DNA from: Methanomassiliicoccaceae archaeon UBA472
GTDB lineage: Archaea; Thermoplasmatota; Thermoplasmata; Methanomassiliicoccales; UBA472
Length of the DNA stretch: 64,000 bases
Reading direction: 5' to 3'
Assembly (NCBI GenBank): GCA_002497075.1
Contig: DAML01000026.1
Span: 276-64,275, forward strand
A model generated the notes under the pieces. It worked only from the letters and a program-made list of their open reading frames with translations, ran no database searches and was not told the origin of the DNA. The stretch's first letter is position 1; every line of letters begins with the position of its first letter. A program made the translations under genes and the position numbers. Shown one piece after another: positions 37,974-47,957 of the stretch.

Positions 37974-38987
37974 TTACAGCGTAATGACGGCCTTCTGGCC
38001 AGTTCGTCCGGAGGCGTGCCCGAACGCTTGCCGCACATCTTCCAGACCATATCTTCCGGTGAAGATCCAAGATAGGTCCGACCCTTCCCTCAGTAATTTG
38101 ACCGCATCCCTACCGTGCCGGCTTGCATGGCCATAACTTCCGACCACGGTAAGCTCCCGGTAGTGCATATCTCGAACGTCGATAGGCAACGGGGAGTCCT
38201 CCCGGCGCGGACCGGAGAAGACGCAAAGCCGGCCGCCGGGGGCCAATAGCCCGAAGACGTTGCTGTCCAGACGGATGTTGGGTGTGCACGGGATGATCAC
38301 GTCGGCACCTCTGCCGTGGGTTCCGCGCTTTACCATCTCCGCGATTTCGTCGCCCTTCGGCTGCGAAATCCGGTCGAAGAGCCCGTTCGGCACGTGATGC
38401 AAACGTTCCAGCACCGGTTCGCTGAGCATGACGCTTTCGGCGCCTCGGCGCCTGGCCAGGAACGCGTTCAGGCAACCCATCGGCCCTCCGCCCAGGATGA
38501 GAACCGAATCGCCCTCTCCCACCCGGAGCTTCCCCTGGGCGTTGATGCAGCACGCTAGCGGTTCGGCAAGGGTCAGCATCATCGGATCAGCGTTGCCGAT
38601 AGGGACCAGCCGAGAGGGATCGACCACGGCCATCATCTCGGCCATGCCGCCGTCGGTGTTGAACCCCATTATCTTTACATGGGGGCAGAGATGGTCGTTG
38701 CCCGAGCGGCATTGCGCGCATGTACCGCACGATTCGCCCGGCCACACCTGCACCCTGTCCCCGATGCGCATCATCGAGATGTCGGTCTCCAGAACTTCGG
38801 CGGTGACCTCGTGCCCCGGTATGCGGGGGTACGTAAGGTCGCGGTGCCCGGCCTCCAGCATCTTGATGTCAGTGCCGCAGACCGCGCAGGCAAGGACCTT
38901 CAGGAGCACGCCGCCCTTCGGCAGGACGGGATCGTGCACCTCGTCCACGTCCAGCACTCCCGGGGAACGCATCAGGGCAGCTTTCAT
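37974..38987 (-). CDS. zinc-dependent medium-chain alcohol/polyol dehydrogenase
   Basis: Catalytic-zinc motif CAVCGTDIK...GHE, structural-zinc motif CGTCAQCRSGNDHLC and Rossmann motif ILGGGPMG. Confidence 0.85.
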   Translation of the reverse strand: MKAALMRSPGVLDVDEVHDPVLPKGGVLLKVLACAVCGTDIKMLEAGHRDLTYPRIPGHEVTAEVLETDISMMRIGDRVQVWPGESCGTCAQCRSGNDHLCPHVKIMGFNTDGGMAEMMAVVDPSRLVPIGNADPMMLTLAEPLACCINAQGKLRVGEGDSVLILGGGPMGCLNAFLARRRGAESVMLSEPVLERLHHVPNGLFDRISQPKGDEIAEMVKRGTHGRGADVIIPCTPNIRLDSNVFGLLAPGGRLCVFSGPRREDSPLPIDVRDMHYRELTVVGSYGHASRHGRDAVKLLREGSDLSWIFTGRYGLEDVRQAFGHASGRTGQKAVITL

Positions 38988-39116
38988 CTTCTCACCGGAT
39001 TTGAGTTGGATATATCATCCAATTATATAACCGATACGAGCAAGTCTTGACCAAGAGATGAATTCCCTCAGGTCAGATGGTGAGGGATTTAAACCAGTAG
39101 CTACCTAGACCGCTCG

Positions 39117-40844
39117 ATGGCGCGTCGGAACTTCATCGCCCTGGCCTTGGCCTTCCTGTTGCTGACCACGAGCTTCAGCATTCCCGCATCAGGATATGTT
39201 GCCGACGACGCTCGGCGCTTCACCTCCGGGCCGACCGGGTATCCTTCCAATGACCTGCGATCGTCGGAGCTGACGCCCGATATCATATCCGCCCGCTCCG
39301 CCGAAGGTCTTCTGTTCAATATCAGCGTCACCTTCTCATACAATCTGCTGGATGCGCAGGAGAGCGATCCCTGTGCCGGCGCTTACGTCCAGCTCAGATT
39401 GAACGGGATGAGCTCCTTCAACACCATCCGTTCCGGACATACCGACAATGAGGGAAAGGTCACCTTTTCAGGACTTACGGCCGGCACGTACATGACCCGC
39501 ATAGAGACGGACGACGATCACTGGGTGCGGGTGACGGACGGGTCCAAGAGCACATCGCCGACGTTCTACTGGAACACCCAGCAGTTCACCGCCAGTTCGC
39601 AGACGGATGTCGAGTACCGTATCACCGATCAGACCAGGGGGGCCTGGGCGGTCTACAGCAACATTCGTGACGGAGGCTCCTGGCTCAACGACCGGACCGG
39701 ATGGGAACGGTCCCAGGTGACCGTGGTCTGGCCGGAGGGCGATTGGCCGCACTCCCATGGCAGCGAGATCCACATGCCCTCTGACGAGTTCTTCCAGGAC
39801 GCCATATGGCGGAGGGACATCGCCCTGCATGAGTACGCCCATTGCGTTCATTTCGAACTCAGAGGCGGAAGCTTCCCGGACGGGGACGGGCCGGACCCGC
39901 ATTACATCGACAGCGAGTCATCCCCGGGGTTCGCCTTCACCGAAGGCTGGGCCCAGTTCTTTGAGAGAGTGATAGATGGCGATCCGCTGCGTTTGGACGG
40001 GTCCTCGCTGGAAAGCACGGTCTTCGCCGACGGCCCTTATGGCCATGGTGACGATGGGGACATGGACGGTATGATCGTCGAGGGGGCGGTGGCCAATGTG
40101 CTCTGGGACCTGTGCGACGGAATTGACGGTTCGGACCGTCCGTCAGGCAGCGTCCGAGGGGATTTCGTGGATAACGAGTTCTCCACCCTCTGGAACATAA
40201 TGTATGATATGCAGCCGGAGAGCCTGGAGGACATCAAGAGGGTCTGGCCATCGCGCGATGTGAACGTCACCGCGGCGTTCCGAAACTCGCGCGTGCCGAT
40301 GGAACTGGACCCGCCGAGCAACCCCTCTTCGTTCAGCTCCTCTCACGTGATCGGAGAAGGCTCGCAGGACAGCACGATAAGTATCATCTGGTCGGGGGCG
40401 GGAGACAGCGGAAGCGGGGTGCTGGGATACAGCACCCTGGTCAGCCCGGACGCTAACGCTGTGCCGGACCTGGTGATGGACACTACCTCCGGATCTTACA
40501 CCACGGTCTCGCTGTCCCCGGGAACATACTATTTCCACATCAGAACGGTGGACGGGGACGGCAACTGGGCGGAGGACGTCTACACCATCGGTCCTTTCGT
40601 GATAGACGAGGGAGCGATGCCTTTGGATGACGACCTGTTCCAGGAGGGTGACCCGGAGCAGGCGCTGCTCGGACTGCTGATAGTGCTGGCGGTGGTGGTC
40701 TCGCTTCTGATGCTGGTGATATTCATGGACAAGAAGAGCGCCAGGCCGCAGCCTCCGGCGCCGGCATCGAACAACTGCCCCTACTGCGGGCGGTTCGACC
40801 ACGGGGGCCAGTTCTGCCCCTACTGCGGCGGAAGATTGAGGTGA
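39117..40844 (+). CDS. secreted/membrane-anchored putative zinc metalloprotease with Ig-like domain, TM helix and cytoplasmic zinc ribbon
   Basis: The N-terminus is a signal peptide (MARRNFIALALAFLLLTTSFSIPASG). HEYAH (HExxH) lies at 39828-39842. The Ig-like module is IIWSGAGDSGSGVLGY...GTYYFHIRTVDGDGN. The TM helix is LLGLLIVLAVVVSLLMLVIFM. The C-terminus is CPYCG...CPYCG. Confidence 0.6.
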   Translation: MARRNFIALALAFLLLTTSFSIPASGYVADDARRFTSGPTGYPSNDLRSSELTPDIISARSAEGLLFNISVTFSYNLLDAQESDPCAGAYVQLRLNGMSSFNTIRSGHTDNEGKVTFSGLTAGTYMTRIETDDDHWVRVTDGSKSTSPTFYWNTQQFTASSQTDVEYRITDQTRGAWAVYSNIRDGGSWLNDRTGWERSQVTVVWPEGDWPHSHGSEIHMPSDEFFQDAIWRRDIALHEYAHCVHFELRGGSFPDGDGPDPHYIDSESSPGFAFTEGWAQFFERVIDGDPLRLDGSSLESTVFADGPYGHGDDGDMDGMIVEGAVANVLWDLCDGIDGSDRPSGSVRGDFVDNEFSTLWNIMYDMQPESLEDIKRVWPSRDVNVTAAFRNSRVPMELDPPSNPSSFSSSHVIGEGSQDSTISIIWSGAGDSGSGVLGYSTLVSPDANAVPDLVMDTTSGSYTTVSLSPGTYYFHIRTVDGDGNWAEDVYTIGPFVIDEGAMPLDDDLFQEGDPEQALLGLLIVLAVVVSLLMLVIFMDKKSARPQPPAPASNNCPYCGRFDHGGQFCPYCGGRLR

Positions 40845-40848
40845 GGAG

Positions 40849-41307
40849 ATGAGGAAGGCGGAGAGGGAGATCAAGGACCCGGTAGAGCTGGAGAACGTCA
40901 TCCGGAGAGCGGAGGTCTGCCGGCTGGCGATGGTGGACGACGGGGAACCGTACATCGTGCCGTTGAACTTCGGGTATCGAGACGGAAGCCTGTACTTTCA
41001 TTGCGCCAGGGAGGGCCGCAAGCTGGACATCCTGAGGGAGAACCCCAAGGTATGTTTCGAGCTGGAAACGGACGTGCATTTGGTGAAGGGCGAAAAGGCC
41101 TGCCAATGGTCCACCAGCTTCGAGAGCGTCATCGGCTGGGGCACGGCGGCGATATCTTTGGACGAGAAAGAGATCAGGGAGGGGCTGGAGGTCCTGATGT
41201 CCCATTACACCGAAGGACCGTACGATCTCGACCCTCGTTCCCTGTCGCTCACGGCTTTGATAAAGGTAAAAGTGGAAAGGATGACCGGCAAGCGGTCTAA
41301 GCGGTGA
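40849..41307 (+). CDS. pyridoxamine 5'-phosphate oxidase family (FMN-binding split-barrel) protein
   Basis: 152 aa. CRLAMVDDGEPYIVPLNFGY...LYFHCAREGRKLDIL is typical of the PNPOx-like / nitroimidazole-reductase-like family. Confidence 0.8.
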   Translation: MRKAEREIKDPVELENVIRRAEVCRLAMVDDGEPYIVPLNFGYRDGSLYFHCAREGRKLDILRENPKVCFELETDVHLVKGEKACQWSTSFESVIGWGTAAISLDEKEIREGLEVLMSHYTEGPYDLDPRSLSLTALIKVKVERMTGKRSKR

Positions 41308-42010
41308 CCTTGACCACCTTTCCGCCGTAGCGCTCCACGATGAACTCCTGGAGCGGTAACTTCTTACCGCTCAACCGGAGGGCTTCGTGAACCATGCGCT
41401 GAAGGCCGCCGCAGCAGGGCACCTCCATGCGGATCAGGGTGATGTCCTTGATCTCGTTGTTCTTGAAGATCCTGGTGAGCTTTTCGACGTAGGCCTGAAC
41501 GTCGTCCAGCTTCGGGCAGCCTATTATCGCCACCCTTCCGGCGATGAAATCTCGTTGGACATTGCCGAGGGAGAACCCGGTGCAGTCGGCGGCGATGAGC
41601 AGCGAGGCGTTCTTGTACGCCGGGGTGACCTCAGGCGCCAGATGCAGCTGGATAGGCCAGTTCCTAAGCTGAGATGTATTGTCACCGGCAACTGCCGGCG
41701 CCGTCTCGGGCATGAGCGTCATCGGCCGGGAGGAGCTGCAGGCCTGCAGCGGCTGGTCCTTTGTTGATTCCACGTGCTCTTTCGCTGCATCCTCATCGAA
41801 CGGATCGGCTTCCCTCTCCTCTATCGAGAGTGCGCCTTCCGGGCAATGCCCAAGGCAGGCCCCCAATCCGTCGCAGTACATGTCCTTGACCACTTTGGCC
41901 TTGCAGTTCTCTATCACTATCGCGCCTTCCGCACAGGATAGCACACATTCTCCGCAACCCGTGCACTTCTCCTCGTCGATCTTGATGATCTTCCGCTTGA
42001 CCTTGGACAT
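41297..42010 (-). CDS. 4Fe-4S dicluster domain protein with Cys-containing C-terminal domain
   Basis: CTGCGECVLSC and CDGLGACLGHCP motifs at the N-terminus. The C-terminal region has IIGCPKLDD and VPCCGG. Confidence 0.7.
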   Translation of the reverse strand: MSKVKRKIIKIDEEKCTGCGECVLSCAEGAIVIENCKAKVVKDMYCDGLGACLGHCPEGALSIEEREADPFDEDAAKEHVESTKDQPLQACSSSRPMTLMPETAPAVAGDNTSQLRNWPIQLHLAPEVTPAYKNASLLIAADCTGFSLGNVQRDFIAGRVAIIGCPKLDDVQAYVEKLTRIFKNNEIKDITLIRMEVPCCGGLQRMVHEALRLSGKKLPLQEFIVERYGGKVVKVTA

Positions 42011-42085
42011 GGCGGACGTTCAATCGAACTGCTCGTTTATCCCGTTTATCATTAGGTGACCGATATGAAGCGAATCTTCTCTGAA

Positions 42086-43654
42086 CTATCTGACATATTT
42101 TTCCCTGTATCGGAGCAGCTCCTTCCAAAAAACGGGTGTTAGCAACACAAGCACCGCGATGAACTCCAGACGGCCCGCCCACATGGTGAATGATAAAACA
42201 ATCTTCGCCAAATCTGGGAGCGCCGCATATGTACCATAAGGTCCGAGAACCCCTATACCTGGTCCCGCATTCGACATCGTAGCTATGGCTGCGCTAGCGG
42301 ATGTCGCTGGATCGATCCCCAACATAATGAGAGCGACCACCGCAACGAAACCAGTGGCGAAGTAGCACATGACCATTGCAACGACCGATGACATCGCCTC
42401 CTGGCTCATTGGCCTTCCATCAAATTTTACCGTAAAGACGGAACGAGGGTGAACTGTTTTATGGAGAGCCGATGATATAAACTCCTTGGTCAGATAGAAA
42501 CGAGCAGTCTTAATCCCTCCGGCCGTGGATCCGGTGCAACCACCAATTATCATTAGAGCCATGAACAGAAACACTACGGCTTTATCCCAGGTCACGTAAT
42601 TCGCGGTGGCGAATCCCGTACAAGTCAGTACATTGACGACTTGGAAGGCAGAAAGACGTAATGCATCATCGATATTATCGAAGGCTCGTCCCCACATTAC
42701 GAACATGACCACTGCCGTGGATGCAACGACTAAGGACAAGTATATTCGGAATTCGGTGCTCCTCCAATATATATTTGGATTTTTGGTGATTATCGCTTGG
42801 AAATGAAGGTAGAAATTGGTACCCGCGAGAAACATGAAGATGGTGACTATCCACTCGACGGTGGGCGAACCATAACTTGCGATACTCAGGTTCTGGGTCG
42901 AGAAACCTCCGGTGGGCAGGGTTGAGAACATCACGCATATGGACTCGAAAGCCCCGATACCGGTGAAAAGGAGGAGAACGAACATTGCCATCGACAAGGC
43001 GAAGTAAATGTAGTGGAATTTGCGCGCCTCCTCCTGTATTCGCAAAGAGAAGTTCTGAACGTCCAGCCCAGGGAACTCGTTCTTGAACAAGTTGCGACCT
43101 CCGATCCCCAGCATCGGCAGGATGGTGACGAAAATCATGATGATGCCTGCCCCTCCCAGCCAATTGGTGAAGCTCCTCCAGAACAGTATGCTTTTGGGCC
43201 AGGACTCGATGTCGGTCATGATCGATGCCCCCGTGGTGGTGAAACCGCTCATGGTCTCAAATATGGCGTCGATGATCCCCATGCCATGAAGCACGAAAGG
43301 GATCGCGCCCATGATGGTGATGGCCAGCCAGCCAGTGGACACCACGAACATCGCCTCGGTGGGCCGGGTCATCTCCGGGGACCGGTAACGCATAAGCAAA
43401 AGTATTCCAGAGATGAAACAGAGAAGGATCGGGAATATCCATGGCCGAGTGTCCTCTCCATATTGTACCGCGATAATTAATGGGAACAACATGGCGATGG
43501 ACATATAGAGCATGAGTATCCCGAAGATATGCGGTATGGAGCTCTCCTTGCGGGCAAATTTGTTAAAAAGCTCCCTGAAATCCACATTGAGGCTATCGAA
43601 CGAGTAAGCTAGACGCCCGATGGTGCGACGGAACTTCTCGTAGTAGCTGGTCAT
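42086..43654 (-). CDS. trkH: TrkH family potassium uptake protein
   Basis: 522 aa polytopic protein with repeated selectivity-filter-like motifs (SGFTTTGAS, PTGGFS, TCTGFAT, CTGSTAGG). Confidence 0.9.
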   Translation of the reverse strand: MTSYYEKFRRTIGRLAYSFDSLNVDFRELFNKFARKESSIPHIFGILMLYMSIAMLFPLIIAVQYGEDTRPWIFPILLCFISGILLLMRYRSPEMTRPTEAMFVVSTGWLAITIMGAIPFVLHGMGIIDAIFETMSGFTTTGASIMTDIESWPKSILFWRSFTNWLGGAGIIMIFVTILPMLGIGGRNLFKNEFPGLDVQNFSLRIQEEARKFHYIYFALSMAMFVLLLFTGIGAFESICVMFSTLPTGGFSTQNLSIASYGSPTVEWIVTIFMFLAGTNFYLHFQAIITKNPNIYWRSTEFRIYLSLVVASTAVVMFVMWGRAFDNIDDALRLSAFQVVNVLTCTGFATANYVTWDKAVVFLFMALMIIGGCTGSTAGGIKTARFYLTKEFISSALHKTVHPRSVFTVKFDGRPMSQEAMSSVVAMVMCYFATGFVAVVALIMLGIDPATSASAAIATMSNAGPGIGVLGPYGTYAALPDLAKIVLSFTMWAGRLEFIAVLVLLTPVFWKELLRYREKYVR

Positions 43655-43663
43655 GACCGTTCA

Positions 43664-45007
43664 CTAGATTCCCATTGGTATGTTGGCCTTAAACATCCAT
43701 TCCAATTTTGCGATGGCGGATTGCATTGCGTAGATGAAGACCTTGTCCCCTTCCTCCACGACCGTATCCGGTGTGGGAATAATGGCCTTCTTGTCCTTGA
43801 CCACCAGGGCGATGGACGACATTTTGGGCATATCGATCTCGCTGATCCTCTTATTGATAATGCGACATCCTGGCAAGACCTTTAGGTCGAAGAACTCCTC
43901 AGAGAACTTCTCCAGCAGGAGCATGACCTCATAGTTGTGCACGGTCTCCTTGATTATCTCGTTGGCCACCACGTGATAGTAACCGACCGCGGCGTCGATC
44001 CCTGTCATGCTGAATATCTCCTCGTACTCCCTTTTAGAATATCGGGATATAACCTTGGATACACCAAGGTGCTTTCCGATGAGGGATGCCAGCAGATTCT
44101 CTTCTTCATTTTCTGTGGCACAGACCAGGACATCGGCCATGCTAACGTTCTCGTTCCTCAATACCGAAGGGTCGGAACCATTGTCATTAATTATCACGGT
44201 GTGGTTGAGCTTCTTGGCCAATATCCTGCACCGGTCCTCATCGTTCTCAATGAGTTTGACCGACAGCCGTTTTTCTAGCATTGCGGCTAGGTGCTCACCT
44301 ACCACTCCGCCACCAATGATGATCACATCCCGCGGTTCACGAAGAATTCCTAGCATCCGGTTGAACTCGTCGATGGAATTTTCCTTGCCGACCACTGTGA
44401 CCTCGTCACCCTTCATGAGAACATCGTTTTCAGAGGGGACGATCACCTGTTTACCCCGGTGGATGATCAGTATCTTGCACTCCGGGGGTATCAAAAGCTC
44501 CCTGAACGGGACCATTATCACCCTCTCGTTCTTTCCCACCACCTTGAACATGGCAAGCTCCACCCCCAGAGACGGGATGCTCTCACATCCTATGGCGTTC
44601 TCCAACAAAGCGATGCGGTGGAGCTTAACAGCGGTAAGATATTCAGGCGAGATTATGTGATCAACATTCAATGACTTGGCTACCAAAGGATCGTCGATGT
44701 AGTCTGGGTTCCTAGCCCTGGCCACCGTGATGACCTTAGGATTGATCTGTTTGGCCATCATGCAGGTGAAGATGTTCGTTTCATCCCTTTCTGTGACGGC
44801 CAATATTAGATTTGTTTCCTCGTTGATGACGCTCTTGAGGATCCTAGGACTTGCACCGTTGCCGTTCAATGCCCCTACATTGAGATGGTTGACGACATAA
44901 TCGTAACGTTTTATGTCATCTTCGATGACGAGCACTGAATGCTGCTTTGATAGCATTTTAGCAATAGTAAACCCGACATTCCCCGCCCCTACCACAATGA
45001 CGTGCAT
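43664..45007 (-). CDS. trkA: Trk system NAD-binding protein TrkA
   Basis: Two RCK_N/RCK_C repeats. Rossmann motifs MHVIVVGAGNVG and VIIIGGGVVG. Confidence 0.9.
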   Translation of the reverse strand: MHVIVVGAGNVGFTIAKMLSKQHSVLVIEDDIKRYDYVVNHLNVGALNGNGASPRILKSVINEETNLILAVTERDETNIFTCMMAKQINPKVITVARARNPDYIDDPLVAKSLNVDHIISPEYLTAVKLHRIALLENAIGCESIPSLGVELAMFKVVGKNERVIMVPFRELLIPPECKILIIHRGKQVIVPSENDVLMKGDEVTVVGKENSIDEFNRMLGILREPRDVIIIGGGVVGEHLAAMLEKRLSVKLIENDEDRCRILAKKLNHTVIINDNGSDPSVLRNENVSMADVLVCATENEEENLLASLIGKHLGVSKVISRYSKREYEEIFSMTGIDAAVGYYHVVANEIIKETVHNYEVMLLLEKFSEEFFDLKVLPGCRIINKRISEIDMPKMSSIALVVKDKKAIIPTPDTVVEEGDKVFIYAMQSAIAKLEWMFKANIPMGI

Positions 45008-45129
45008 CCATCAACGCTCCCTGTGCCATTGGCTATTGTCTGAATATCGGATAAAGAACACGTTACCCATTAAGATATGTTTGGTAAGAAGGGCGGATAA
45101 ATGACCGTTATAACTGCTGGACATGTCCC

Positions 45130-46227
45130 TCATACCAGCAGGACGGTCAAGATCAGAAGCAATGCCAGCTGGACCACCCAGACCAGAGCGGCCACGGGCA
45201 TCAACCTCCGTCCCACCCTTATCGTCTGGCGAAGGTCCATGGAAAGACCGACACCGGCCATGGCCACTGTGAGCAGCGAGGCCGATGTTGACACGATCGC
45301 CGACCTGATCTCCCCACCAAGCCCTGGGTGGGTGTGGATCAACAACGATATGAGGGCGGCCACGACGATGAAAGCGATGAGGAAGCCAGGCATCCTGGTG
45401 CCGGTGGTCTTGCCGTCGTTCTGGAAGACCTTGGCCAGGACGTAGGCCACCACGACCAGCATGGCCACCCTGATCATCTTGTAGGCCAGCACCAGGGAGG
45501 CCACGTCCTCGCCTCCTAGGGCGTTGTGGTACAGGTCAGCCGCCGGGATGACGTTCCCGACCTCGTGCAGGGAGCCGCCTATTAGCACTTCTGCCTGGGC
45601 GGCGCTCAGCCCCGCGATGGACGCCAGCCAGGGGACGACGAACACTCCGATCAGACCAAGGACGCTGATGACCCCGATCACCGCGTGGGTGTTGTGCGCC
45701 TTGGCGTCAATTACCGGAGCAACGCTCAGGCAAGCAGAAACGCCGCAGATGCTGTTGCCGGTGCCGATCAAAGCCGCGGCGTCCTTCTCCAACCGAACCC
45801 TTTTACCGATGAACATGGAGAGCCATATCGTGAAGGCCATGACCACCAGGATGATCACGATGCCGACCGGGGATGCTTTGGAAAGGACGTCCGCGGTCAC
45901 TCGCGCGCCCATGAGCATTATCGCCAGTCGCAGTAGGAAGCGGCCAGCGTAAGCGCCGCCTGGGTTCAGCGGTGAGAGGTTGACCAGAAGGCCGATCAGG
46001 AGGGCCAGCACGATCGGGCCGACCTTGAAGAGGGCGGAGAAGACGGGGTCGTTCTCAAAGAGATCGGCATCCAGGACCCGCGGCCCACTGTCTATGAGGA
46101 CCCCGCGCGTGATCACGTATGATAATAGGGCCACCAAGACGCAGAACATCAGGCCAGGTAACTCTTTCCGGCCGATGCCCAGATACGCTCTTGCGTCGTC
46201 GAGATATGACATAGATATCTCACCCAC
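45130..46227 (-). CDS. YeiH/UPF0324 family putative sulfate-exporter-type membrane protein
   Basis: About 360 aa with 10-11 TM helices. Overall resemblance to YeiH family proteins (IGTGNSICGVSA motif). Confidence 0.75.
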   Translation of the reverse strand: MGEISMSYLDDARAYLGIGRKELPGLMFCVLVALLSYVITRGVLIDSGPRVLDADLFENDPVFSALFKVGPIVLALLIGLLVNLSPLNPGGAYAGRFLLRLAIMLMGARVTADVLSKASPVGIVIILVVMAFTIWLSMFIGKRVRLEKDAAALIGTGNSICGVSACLSVAPVIDAKAHNTHAVIGVISVLGLIGVFVVPWLASIAGLSAAQAEVLIGGSLHEVGNVIPAADLYHNALGGEDVASLVLAYKMIRVAMLVVVAYVLAKVFQNDGKTTGTRMPGFLIAFIVVAALISLLIHTHPGLGGEIRSAIVSTSASLLTVAMAGVGLSMDLRQTIRVGRRLMPVAALVWVVQLALLLILTVLLV

Positions 46228-46249
46228 GGTTATTGGTGAAAAGGAAAAG

Positions 46250-46325
46250 TGGTGGGTCTGTCCGAATTTGAATCGGAGTCACCTGCACCCCAAGCAGGAA
46301 GGATTCCAAGCTACCCCACAGACCC
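46250..46325 (-). tRNA. tRNA-Pro (anticodon GGG), CCA encoded
   Basis: The reverse complement reads GGGTCTGTGGGGTAGCTTGGAATCCTTCCTGCTTGGGGTGCAGGTGACTCCGATTCAAATTCGGACAGACCCACCA. The acceptor stem is GGGTCTG/CAGACCC. The anticodon stem is CCTGC/GCAGG with loop TTGGGGT. The T arm is TCCGA-TTCAAAT-TCGGA. Confidence 0.9.
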
Positions 46326-46347
46326 ATTGTAAAGGGGTGAAAGAGGT

Positions 46348-46539
46348 TTAACCCAGGGGGATCAGCTCACCGAGCAGGTCCGAGTGGGAGATTATCATAC
46401 GGCGGCAGCAGTACCGTTTGATGTCCAGATCGTCCAGCACTTCTTGGGGGTTCTCCCCCATCTGCACCCTCTTGACGAAGGTCTGGTAGGAGCTTCCCAC
46501 CACCTTGCCGCACGTGAAACATCTTACCGGTATTATCAT
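46348..46539 (-). CDS. rpoN: DNA-directed RNA polymerase subunit N (Rpb10 homolog)
   Basis: 63 aa. [14 protein letters not shown]...YCCRRM zinc-binding signature. Confidence 0.93.
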   Translation of the reverse strand: MIIPVRCFTCGKVVGSSYQTFVKRVQMGENPQEVLDDLDIKRYCCRRMIISHSDLLGELIPLG

Positions 46540-46545
46540 TTCTGC

Positions 46546-46947
46546 TCACCTGTACGATTTCTGCCTCTTCTTCCTGGCGCCACGACCCAGCGGCTTCTTC
46601 GGGAGCTTGCGGCGAACGTCGCTGATCAGCAGGGACCTGTCAAAGTGCTTGAAGGCCAGCTTCAGCTCCTCGTCGTTGAAGAACTCCACGATGGCCTTGG
46701 CGATGGCGGTACGGGTGGCCTCCGCCTGACCCATAACGCCTCCGCCAGCCACGCTGACGTCGATATCGATCTTGGCGGCCTTTTCAGGCACCAAGGTCAA
46801 AGGCTCGGCCATCTTCAGCCTAGCCAGTTCGGGGGTGACGATGTCCAGCGGCACGCTGTTGATGCGCACCTTGCCGGTTCCCTCGCGGGCGACCGCGCGG
46901 GCCACCGCCGTCTTCCTCTTACCACTGGTGTTGACAACTTCGGACAT
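46546..46947 (-). CDS. rps9: 30S ribosomal protein S9 (uS9)
   Basis: 133 aa. [10 protein letters not shown] near the N-terminus and a basic C-terminus ending KKRQKSYR. Confidence 0.95.
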   Translation of the reverse strand: MSEVVNTSGKRKTAVARAVAREGTGKVRINSVPLDIVTPELARLKMAEPLTLVPEKAAKIDIDVSVAGGGVMGQAEATRTAIAKAIVEFFNDEELKLAFKHFDRSLLISDVRRKLPKKPLGRGARKKRQKSYR

Positions 46948-46948
46948 A

Positions 46949-47368
46949 TCACTTCACCCTCGAGCCCAGGTATTCAGCTATCTGACTGAGCGTGACGTAT
47001 TGGGTCAGCCCGGTCTTGATCGCCACGTCGACCTTCTCCTTCTGCATGTCGACGAACTCCTTCGGTACGCCTACGTAGACCTTCAGTCTCCTGTAGGCCT
47101 CCCTGCCGGAGGTGGTCTTCCAAGGAAGCATCCCGCGGACGGTCCTCTTCATGATGAGGTCAGCGCGGCGGGGGAAGAACGGGCCGCTCTTGACGTTACC
47201 CAGGTCCTTCTTCTGCTTGTAAGAGGCAAGTACGGAGTCGCGCTCGCCGGTGATTATGATCTTCTCGGCGTTGACGACGACTATCTCCTCGCCCTTCAGA
47301 AGCCTCTTGGCTATTACGGTAGCAAGTCTTCCTGCGATGTGGTTCTCAGCGTCTATGATTGCAACCAT
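46949..47368 (-). CDS. rpl13: 50S ribosomal protein L13 (uL13)
   Basis: 139 aa. [20 protein letters not shown] and [19 protein letters not shown]. Confidence 0.95.
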   Translation of the reverse strand: MVAIIDAENHIAGRLATVIAKRLLKGEEIVVVNAEKIIITGERDSVLASYKQKKDLGNVKSGPFFPRRADLIMKRTVRGMLPWKTTSGREAYRRLKVYVGVPKEFVDMQKEKVDVAIKTGLTQYVTLSQIAEYLGSRVK

Positions 47369-47372
47369 CTGC

Positions 47373-47732
47373 TCACCTCATTATCTTCACGCCAGTTCCC
47401 TGGGGCATCTCCTTGACCAGCTCCATGATGGTCAAGTTCTTGCCCCCGGCAGCCATGATCTTCATCTTGGCGGACTCAGAGAACCCGTAGGCGGCTACGG
47501 TCACTTTCTTGTTGATCGCTCCAGACCCCAACACCTTTCCCGGTACGACTATGACGTCGCCCTCGGAGGCATATCGCTCGATCTTGCTCAGATTGACCTC
47601 GGCCCAATTGGCCTTGGCCTTTTCCAATCTTAGAGCAATGTCTCGCCAGATCCCCGCACCGCTGGACCTCGACTCCGCCTTCAGGGCGGATATGAGGGTC
47701 AAGAGATTGGGGTCAGTCTTTGCATGTGCCAT
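47373..47732 (-). CDS. rpl18e: 50S ribosomal protein L18e (eL18)
   Basis: 119 aa. Position at the head of the conserved archaeal L18e-L13-S9-RpoN cluster, and the GKVLGSG motif. Confidence 0.9.
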   Translation of the reverse strand: MAHAKTDPNLLTLISALKAESRSSGAGIWRDIALRLEKAKANWAEVNLSKIERYASEGDVIVVPGKVLGSGAINKKVTVAAYGFSESAKMKIMAAGGKNLTIMELVKEMPQGTGVKIMR

Positions 47733-47957
47733 GTTCTGACTCTCCCGACATTGGTAAGCCCCTCTAATATGGAGGGGTATTAAATACCTTTGCCATCCAA
47801 TCGAGGCTAGAGAGGAGGGCCGCCGCGTACCACTGGCTCAGTGGCATGGCGGTCCTGATAGCATCTATGCGGTGCCGGCATCATGATCATTGCCAAGTCG
47901 GGCATTGAACGATGTACACTATAATATTAACGCCTTTAAATTAATTTTTGATAGCCC

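Noticed and set aside
46228-46347. tRNA-Pro as a possible integration site for a mobile element.
   Set aside because: There is no integrase, no direct repeat of the tRNA 3' end and no compositional break next to it. The tRNA sits in the conserved rpoN-ribosomal protein cluster.
47820-47900. A possible C/D-box sRNA (ATGATGC and CTGA elements on the minus strand).
   Set aside because: The C box is imperfect. There are no recognisable D'/C' boxes at the required roughly 12-nt guide spacing, and no terminal kink-turn pairing.
47845-47907. A 20-codon His/Cys-rich mini-ORF (MAVLIASMRCRHHDHCQVGH) in the L18e upstream intergenic region.
   Set aside because: It has no ribosome-binding site or promoter in register, and it overlaps the predicted hairpin. 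Its length is within chance expectation.
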